A DNA stretch of 64,000 nt from Candidatus Latescibacterota bacterium (lineage in GTDB: Bacteria > Latescibacterota > UBA2968), in the NCBI GenBank assembly GCA_965205975.1, contig OZ242195.1:2272001-2336000 (forward strand), given 5' to 3'. The notes under the pieces are model-generated. The model was not told the DNA's origin, ran no database searches, and saw only the letters and a list, made by a program, of their open reading frames with translations. Position numbers and translations under genes: made by a program. Numbering within the stretch: position 1 is the first letter of the stretch; every line of letters begins with the position of its first letter. This document shows, in pieces, positions 58,276-64,000 of the stretch.

Positions 58276-59049
58276 ATGTCCAATTTAACCGAACCCATCC
58301 TCAACGAAGTCGAAGTCGATTATTTCCGGCGTCATGGGTATATCGTGCGCACCGATTTATTCACCGATGAGGAACGCGACGAATTTATCGCCTTATTCGA
58401 CCGTGACCGCGAGCAATTTGTGTTTCGCTGGCATCCCTATGGCTACCATCAGCAAGCCAATTACGACGCACTCGTCACCACGCCCGAATTTGACCGCGTG
58501 ATCCGTCACCCAAAAATTCTCGCTGCCATCGAACAACTCATGGGGGGACCGGTTTGCTTTGGCGAAATTGGCGCGCGTTACATGCTCCCTTACGACGGCG
58601 AACTACACCGCAGTTGGCACCGCGACCGCCCTCACTGGGACGAGCATCCATTTCGAATGGACTATATCCAGCTCATGCTCTATCTCACAGACGTCGGTGC
58701 AGACACCCACTGCTTCTCACTCTCTCCCGAATCGGTTTACGAACCCACGCTCAAAGATAACGAGGCACAAATTAAACGCGGGGGCATCACCGATATTCAC
58801 GGTCCCGCAGGCACGGTCTGTCTTTTCAATGTCGCGGCACTACATACAGCCACCACGCGGCCGACGAAATGCGACCGCAAAACCCTGCAAATCTACTATG
58901 GACACCGCGATCGCAAATACCTGGCCAACGACTCCGTCATCCCCCCCATCTTCTGGCGCGACCACAAAAACCCGGAAGTGCGCGCCTTTTACGGCAACCT
59001 CAACGAAGTCTCCAATATTTACAACAAAGCATTTGGAATCCGGTTGTAA
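58276..59049 (+). CDS. phytanoyl-CoA dioxygenase (PhyH)-family protein
   Basis: F.R.GY, WHRD (HxD), YLTDV, GPAGT..LF...LH and R. Confidence 0.85.
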   Translation: MSNLTEPILNEVEVDYFRRHGYIVRTDLFTDEERDEFIALFDRDREQFVFRWHPYGYHQQANYDALVTTPEFDRVIRHPKILAAIEQLMGGPVCFGEIGARYMLPYDGELHRSWHRDRPHWDEHPFRMDYIQLMLYLTDVGADTHCFSLSPESVYEPTLKDNEAQIKRGGITDIHGPAGTVCLFNVAALHTATTRPTKCDRKTLQIYYGHRDRKYLANDSVIPPIFWRDHKNPEVRAFYGNLNEVSNIYNKAFGIRL

Positions 59050-59071
59050 TCTTCCAAATTTCCGACTAACC

Positions 59072-61060
59072 ATGGCAGCAACATCTCCCCAACAAGAACA
59101 CATTCCCTCGCGCATCACGGGACGCTCTGTCTTCTTTGGCGCGCTCACCGCCATTGTTCTCAATGTGTACACCGACCACGCCGGGCTGGTGATGGGATCG
59201 TCATCCCTGGTCAAATCGCAATACCCCATGGCCATGTTGCTGCCCTTTGTACTCTGGTTATTTGCCAACATCGGTCTCAAAACCTTCTGGCCCAAAGCGG
59301 CACTTTCGGGCACCGAACTGCTGGTCATCTACGGCATGTCCTGGATCGCGGGCGTTATTCCCCTCGAAGGTTGGGCAGCTTATTGGACGAGTACAATGGC
59401 CGTACCCACCTATTATGCGTCACCTGAAAATCGCTGGACCGAAATTATCTTTGACATCTTGCCCTGGTGGACCCTGCCAGACATATCGCCTGCAGTTATT
59501 CGTCCTTTCTACGATGGATTGCCTCCCCATGGTTCCATCCCCTGGGCGGGCTGGTTGCAACCCCTATTCTGGTGGACCGCCATCTCATTGGCTGTTTTTG
59601 CAGCGGGATTGTGCTTGTGTATTCTCTTCCAACGCCAGTGGGAAGACCACGAGCGACTCGCCTTCCCGCTCGCGCAATTTGCAGTAGAACTGACCTCTGG
59701 CTTTGACCAACCCGGACGCGTCCCCGACATATTTCGCAACAAAATTTTCTGGGCGGGTTTTTTTACTGTTTTTGGCGTCTTCGCCTGGAATATCCTCGGT
59801 TATTTCGCCACGGGCTTACCGAGCATCACCATTTATGCCGGGTACCTGAGCAAACAAATCGACCTCGCCCGCGACTTTCCACCCATCTACCTCCGCATTC
59901 TGCCCCCGGTAGTCGGCCTCACCTACTTCTGCAATCTCGACATCCTCTTCAGTTTTTGGGTTTTCCGCCTCGTCGCCATAGTCAAACTCGGTATTATGGA
60001 CCGCACGGGTTTCACCCTGGGCCTGGCCAACCAACAGGCAAAATCATCCGAAATCATCAATATCGAAAGCCACGGCGCCCTTGTTTTGCTGGCACTCTGG
60101 TCTATTTGGGCCGCTCGGGGGCACCTGTCCCGCGTCTGGCAAGCTGTTGTGGAAGGCCGACAGTCTGTTCATAACGACGGCATTATATCCTACCGCATGG
60201 CGTTTATCGGCTTTGTTCTGGCAACTGCCTTCATCATCGGCTGGATGAGTGCAATGGGCATGTCTATCCCCATTGCGCTCTTGCAAACCGCGCTACTCTA
60301 CACGGCATATCTCACCGTCGCCAAATTCACAGCCGCCAGTGGTTTTCCCCACCTCCTACCCATATATGGTAAGGGCGGAGGCATGGTCTATACCTTTGCC
60401 GGCACTGCCAACTTGACCCCCTCGGACTTTGTGGGTACTGAGTTTGTCAACTCCAGTGCCTTCTTTGGCAACGCTCGCATTCCAGCATGGCCCGCGCTAC
60501 CCCACCATCTGAAATTGCACGGCGCAACGCCAAACGCCCGCATTGCCCATATCGCCGCGCTCGCCTTCGCGGCGGGCTTGCTCGCATCCTTCATCTTTAT
60601 TATTTATTTGGCATACGCCCACGGGGGACAAAATCTGCACACAGCCCCATTTTCTGGCCGCTCAAACTCGGCCTCGGTCCGCCTCTACAGCAACATGACC
60701 AACCACATTCTCAACGAACAAAAAACCGTCTTTGATCCATATAAAATGTCCGTATGGTTCATTGGCATCTTTGAAGCGCTCGTACTCATCGGCTTGAGAA
60801 GCCGCCTGCCCTGGTGGCCCTTGCACCCCATTGGACTCGCCTTTCAAAATACCTCTGGTCCAAGAATCTACAGCTTCTCCATTTTTCTTACCTGGGCGGC
60901 CAAATCACTTTTCCTGCGTATCGGCGGCATTGCTCTATACCGCCGCGCAGCACCTTATTTTATTGGCCTGCCAGTGGGCTATGTCACCGGTGTCATCGTT
61001 TCGTCTATTGTCGATCTCATCTGGTTCCCAACGGGTGGGCACTGGACACATGGATGGTAG
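59072..61060 (+). CDS. DUF6785/DUF6784-type (OPT-related) multi-pass membrane transporter
   Basis: ELLVIY, YYASPEN.W, IPW.GW..PL..W, RQW...ERL.FPL, WWPLHPIG and GG..LYR...P.FIG. ATG 59072. Confidence 0.75.
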   Translation: MAATSPQQEHIPSRITGRSVFFGALTAIVLNVYTDHAGLVMGSSSLVKSQYPMAMLLPFVLWLFANIGLKTFWPKAALSGTELLVIYGMSWIAGVIPLEGWAAYWTSTMAVPTYYASPENRWTEIIFDILPWWTLPDISPAVIRPFYDGLPPHGSIPWAGWLQPLFWWTAISLAVFAAGLCLCILFQRQWEDHERLAFPLAQFAVELTSGFDQPGRVPDIFRNKIFWAGFFTVFGVFAWNILGYFATGLPSITIYAGYLSKQIDLARDFPPIYLRILPPVVGLTYFCNLDILFSFWVFRLVAIVKLGIMDRTGFTLGLANQQAKSSEIINIESHGALVLLALWSIWAARGHLSRVWQAVVEGRQSVHNDGIISYRMAFIGFVLATAFIIGWMSAMGMSIPIALLQTALLYTAYLTVAKFTAASGFPHLLPIYGKGGGMVYTFAGTANLTPSDFVGTEFVNSSAFFGNARIPAWPALPHHLKLHGATPNARIAHIAALAFAAGLLASFIFIIYLAYAHGGQNLHTAPFSGRSNSASVRLYSNMTNHILNEQKTVFDPYKMSVWFIGIFEALVLIGLRSRLPWWPLHPIGLAFQNTSGPRIYSFSIFLTWAAKSLFLRIGGIALYRRAAPYFIGLPVGYVTGVIVSSIVDLIWFPTGGHWTHGW

Positions 61061-61088
61061 GCCTGGAGCTACTACAGAAAGGTTTGTC

Positions 61089-61808
61089 ATGTCCGAACAA
61101 AAAAACATTCTCATCACAGGTGGTGCGGGCTTTGTCGCTGGCATGTTGCGCCAGCATTGGGGCGCGACCTATCGCCTTCGGCTTGCAGATGTGAACCCGG
61201 TTGAAAATCTTGCAGATCACGAAGAATTTGTCCAGATGGATATTACCAATCTCGACGAATTTCAAGCTGCTTGTCGAGGCATTCATACCGTCATACACCT
61301 CGCCGCCGATCGCAGTCCGCGCGCCGACTTTTACGAAACCTTGCTCAACCTCAATATTATTGGCGCATACAACGCCTTTCACGCTGCACACCTGGGCGGT
61401 TGCAAGCGCATTGTTTTTGCCAGTTCGGTCAATGCCGTGTTGGGCTACCCGGGCGATTCCTCCATCGAATGGGATGTACCCGTATTTCCCACCAATGTCT
61501 ATGGTGCCACCAAATGCTGGGGTGAAGCCCTTGCGCGGGTATATTCCGAAACCCACGGACTATCCTGCATCTGTGTGCGCCTGGGCGGCCCGAGATGGAA
61601 TGCCAATGAAATTTACGACCCCGACAAACCCAGCATACTCATCAGCCCACGGGATACCGCACAGCTTTTTCAAAAATGCGTGGAAGCAGATACCGACTTT
61701 GCCATTGTACATGGCGTATCTGATCACAAAAAATCCTATCTCGGAATTGATGCCACCAGGGAAGTATTGGGCTACACGCCACAAGACGGCACTGCAAAAA
61801 ACCAGTAA
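61089..61808 (+). CDS. NAD(P)-dependent oxidoreductase, uronate dehydrogenase-like extended SDR
   Basis: LITGGAG, HLAA, VFASS, YGATK, VRLG and SPRD. Confidence 0.8.
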   Translation: MSEQKNILITGGAGFVAGMLRQHWGATYRLRLADVNPVENLADHEEFVQMDITNLDEFQAACRGIHTVIHLAADRSPRADFYETLLNLNIIGAYNAFHAAHLGGCKRIVFASSVNAVLGYPGDSSIEWDVPVFPTNVYGATKCWGEALARVYSETHGLSCICVRLGGPRWNANEIYDPDKPSILISPRDTAQLFQKCVEADTDFAIVHGVSDHKKSYLGIDATREVLGYTPQDGTAKNQ

Positions 61809-61823
61809 ACAGAAAGGATCCCC

Positions 61824-62276
61824 ATGGGAAAGGGAAAGTTCTCATCGACAAAAACATATCACGATCTGCCCTGTGCACACCGTCAGGGGTATCACGACGG
61901 ACACTGTCGCTTTATTCACGGATACAATCGCGAGATCACATTTTATTTTACCTGCAACGAACTCGACGAAAACCACTTTGTCGTCGATTTTAGCAAGCTC
62001 AAAAAACTCAAAGCATGGTTGGAGCACATGTTTGACCACACGATGCTCATCAACGAAAATGATCCCGAACGCGAATTTTTTAAAGAAATGCACCGCCGGG
62101 GTCTGATTGATCTGCGAATTATGCCCAACGTCGGTATGGAAGCGTCATCAAAATATGTCTTTGATTATGCCGACAAACTCGTGCGCGACATGACCCACAA
62201 CCGATGCTGGGTCTATAAAGTTGAAACCCGCGAAAACATGAAAAACTCGGGCATATACGAACTTGTAGATGGCTGA
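61824..62276 (+). CDS. queD: 6-carboxytetrahydropterin synthase (QueD/PTPS)
   Basis: CAHRQ...GHC.FIHGY, VVDF, FDH and C-terminal E..KNS. Confidence 0.85.
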   Translation: MGKGKFSSTKTYHDLPCAHRQGYHDGHCRFIHGYNREITFYFTCNELDENHFVVDFSKLKKLKAWLEHMFDHTMLINENDPEREFFKEMHRRGLIDLRIMPNVGMEASSKYVFDYADKLVRDMTHNRCWVYKVETRENMKNSGIYELVDG

Positions 62277-62339
62277 TCTATACACCTGGAGGGCGCTTTT
62301 TGCCCTACTGCACAAAATACTGCACATATTTTTTCTTTT

Positions 62340-62378
62340 AACACAATAAGTTGTTTATAAACAAATATTTATTGTGTT
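62340..62378. repeat. nested AT-rich inverted repeat
   Basis: AACACAATAA...TTATTGTGTT enclosing the perfect palindrome TTGTTTATAAACAA (62351-62364). Confidence 0.7.
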
Positions 62379-62387
62379 ATTTTTTTC

Positions 62388-62416
62388 TTGACTTATGAAC
62401 AAATGTTCACTATATT
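62388..62416 (+). promoter_or_regulatory. sigma70 promoter with putative LexA (SOS) box
   Basis: TTGACT-TAT-GAAC-AAAT-GTTC-AC-TATATT with a 17-nt spacer. Palindrome TGAACA-AA-TGTTCA. Confidence 0.7.
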
Positions 62417-62497
62417 CTTGCTCAGCCATAACTGAGGCCAAAGCAAACAGATGTTCCGCACAGGGTATAGGACCTCAGAACACCATAAGGAGGAAAC

Positions 62498-63487
62498 ATG
62501 ATTTCCGAAATGAACCAGCATCGCACCCCAGTCCTGCAGGCCTTTCGCAAAGCTTCAGATTGTACCTCGCCCTATGTGGGTGATGAGCCCTCTCTGGCTT
62601 ATTACTACAAGGAGATCGAACGACATCCACTGCTTACGCCAGACGAAGAAAAAGCACTGGCAGATCAAATTGCTCTGGGCGACCTGCCAGATGCGGGTGC
62701 TCGTGCTCGGCGAGCAGGAGAGCATGCTCGCGAAAAGCTCATCACCAGCAACCTGCGCTTTGTTATTCACATTGCCAAAAATTTTAAGAATCAAGGGCTA
62801 CCCATGGCCGACCTCATCAATGAAGGCAACATGGGTTTGATGACTGCCGCCCGCAAATTCAAACCCGAAAAGGGTTACAAGTTCATTACTTACGCAGTCT
62901 GGTGGATCAGGCAGAACATCCTCAAAGCCCTCGAAGTTCAAACACGATCCATCCGGATTCCCGGTAATGTTGTCAACGACCTCAACAAACTGCGCAAAGT
63001 CGAAGCTGACCTGACTCAGCACCTCGACCGACAACCCGATGCCGATGAACTCGCCCGGGAAACCGATCTGCCTATAAAAAAAGTTACACACACCCTCGAA
63101 TCGGCTTACAATACCGTATCTCTGGATACCCCGATGTACGATGAAGCCGCAAACTCCGCACCACGCGCTATCACCCTGCAAGAAACCCTATCGGACCCCC
63201 AAACATTGTCTCCGGAAGACGCCTATATTCAAGATACTATGCACAGTGATATACACAACGCGCTCAGTGCCCTGCCCGACCGTGACCGGCAAATTCTACA
63301 TCTCTATTACGGTTTCAGCGACCCGGCAGAACGCGCCGAAGTTAGCAGTTCAAAACCCGCAACCTATCAACAAATAGGCGACAAACTGGGAGTAAGCCGA
63401 GAACGGGTGCGCCAACTCAAAGAGGAGGCACTCAATCGGCTGCGGCATCCCACTCACAGTAAGCGACTTGCCACCTATTGCAGTTAA
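62498..63487 (+). CDS. RpoD/SigA-family sigma factor lacking region 1.1 (group 2-like)
   Basis: YYKEI...PLLT.DEE, NLRFVI.IAK, DLINEGN.GL, KFITYAVWWIRQ, IRIP and GVSRERVRQL. Confidence 0.93.
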   Translation: MISEMNQHRTPVLQAFRKASDCTSPYVGDEPSLAYYYKEIERHPLLTPDEEKALADQIALGDLPDAGARARRAGEHAREKLITSNLRFVIHIAKNFKNQGLPMADLINEGNMGLMTAARKFKPEKGYKFITYAVWWIRQNILKALEVQTRSIRIPGNVVNDLNKLRKVEADLTQHLDRQPDADELARETDLPIKKVTHTLESAYNTVSLDTPMYDEAANSAPRAITLQETLSDPQTLSPEDAYIQDTMHSDIHNALSALPDRDRQILHLYYGFSDPAERAEVSSSKPATYQQIGDKLGVSRERVRQLKEEALNRLRHPTHSKRLATYCS

Positions 63488-63537
63488 AATGAGAAATTAT
63501 ACACCGCTTGCCTTGTAACACATAGCCCTAAAAAAAT

Positions 63538-63570
63538 CAGAGCGTCGGCAGACCGCGTCGGCGCTCTTTG
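63538..63570 (+). terminator. probable terminator
   Basis: AGAGCGTCGG...TCGGCGCTCT followed by TTG. Confidence 0.5.
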
Positions 63571-63717
63571 TGCTTCTACACCCTTGTATTTCTACTTGCG
63601 TTTAAAGCCGAAACCTTGCTATTTATTATTCAATCTTCTTGGAACTTTGCAAACTGCTGCTCGTCCAGAATATAGCTCATACAGTAAATCATCTATGAAA
63701 ATCATTCTCTCTACACT

Positions 63718-64000
63718 ATGAAAATCCTCATCCTCTCCACACTCGGCACACTCATCCTGCTCGGCGTGGGTGTGTACATTGTTTTTTATATTTCAGAGCG
63801 CGATAAAATTGAAGGCAAATCCTTCTTCCGCCTTGAAAATCGTTGGCTCTACGGATTTTTGGGCTACGCATCTGTCATTGTCATCACTTTTCTGGTCCTG
63901 ATTTTGCAAACCTCGCTCACGCGCCAGGAGAAAACCCTTGAAAATACCCAGGCGCGGTTCCAGCAAGAACTCACAGCTTTTCGCGAGCGACTCGGCGACC
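63718..64000 (+). CDS. hypothetical membrane protein with coiled coil, 3'-partial
   Basis: Open from ATG 63718 to the window end. Two hydrophobic segments followed by a Gln/Glu-rich helix. Confidence 0.65.
   Translation, partial: MKILILSTLGTLILLGVGVYIVFYISERDKIEGKSFFRLENRWLYGFLGYASVIVITFLVLILQTSLTRQEKTLENTQARFQQELTAFRERLGD

Noticed and set aside
61201..62106. 301-aa alternative-frame ORF and the many other short overlapping ORFs
   Set aside because: They overlap well-supported genes and have no motifs or SD sequences.
1..64000. CRISPR arrays, rRNA, IS elements, prophage structural genes
   Set aside because: No regularly spaced repeats, rRNA signatures, or transposase, integrase or capsid motifs were seen by eye. 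Short MITEs could have been missed.

Overview
A bacterial chromosome segment, mostly + strand. The gene content points to a diderm: BamA, Skp, LolA, LolD, a GWxTD protein, a lamin-tail/FlgD-Ig protein, PhyH-family dioxygenases and a DUF6785-type transporter. This mix is reminiscent of Latescibacterota/Gemmatimonadota-like sponge-associated genomes, but the taxonomy is an inference. Housekeeping genes: glpD, larE, def, NAPRTase, moaDE, tsaD, ftsK, lolA, prfB (+1 frameshift), lysS, lolD, clpC, bamA, skp, fabZ, pyrF, rnpB, an RNase HI gene, tRNA-Val(CAC), modBC and queD. Accessory content: three toxin-antitoxin-like pairs, a Type I R-M locus with two apparent deletions, an orphan RND adaptor, a DUF2961/GH172 protein, sugar-acid catabolic enzymes, an ECF sigma factor and a group-2-like sigma70. 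The most interesting signals are five. (i) A perfect GAAC-N4-GTTC (Gram-positive-type LexA box) sits in the promoter spacer of the alternative sigma70. Degenerate copies occupy the same promoter position in front of a prophage-free Rad52/Sak-like single-strand annealing operon and a 63-aa zinc-ribbon gene, suggesting a damage-inducible regulon. (ii) A hairpin-dense leader of about 550 bp with 3-codon mini-ORFs precedes the ECF sigma gene. (iii) A DUF4258 TA pair is coupled to a stand-alone C39-like cysteine peptidase. (iv) An hsdR-hsdS deletion leaves a half-HsdS next to an intact HsdM. (v) A PhyH-family enzyme carries an HxG (halogenase-like) motif. No CRISPR array, rRNA, integrase or transposase was seen. 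All family calls come from motif recognition by eye, not from database searches.
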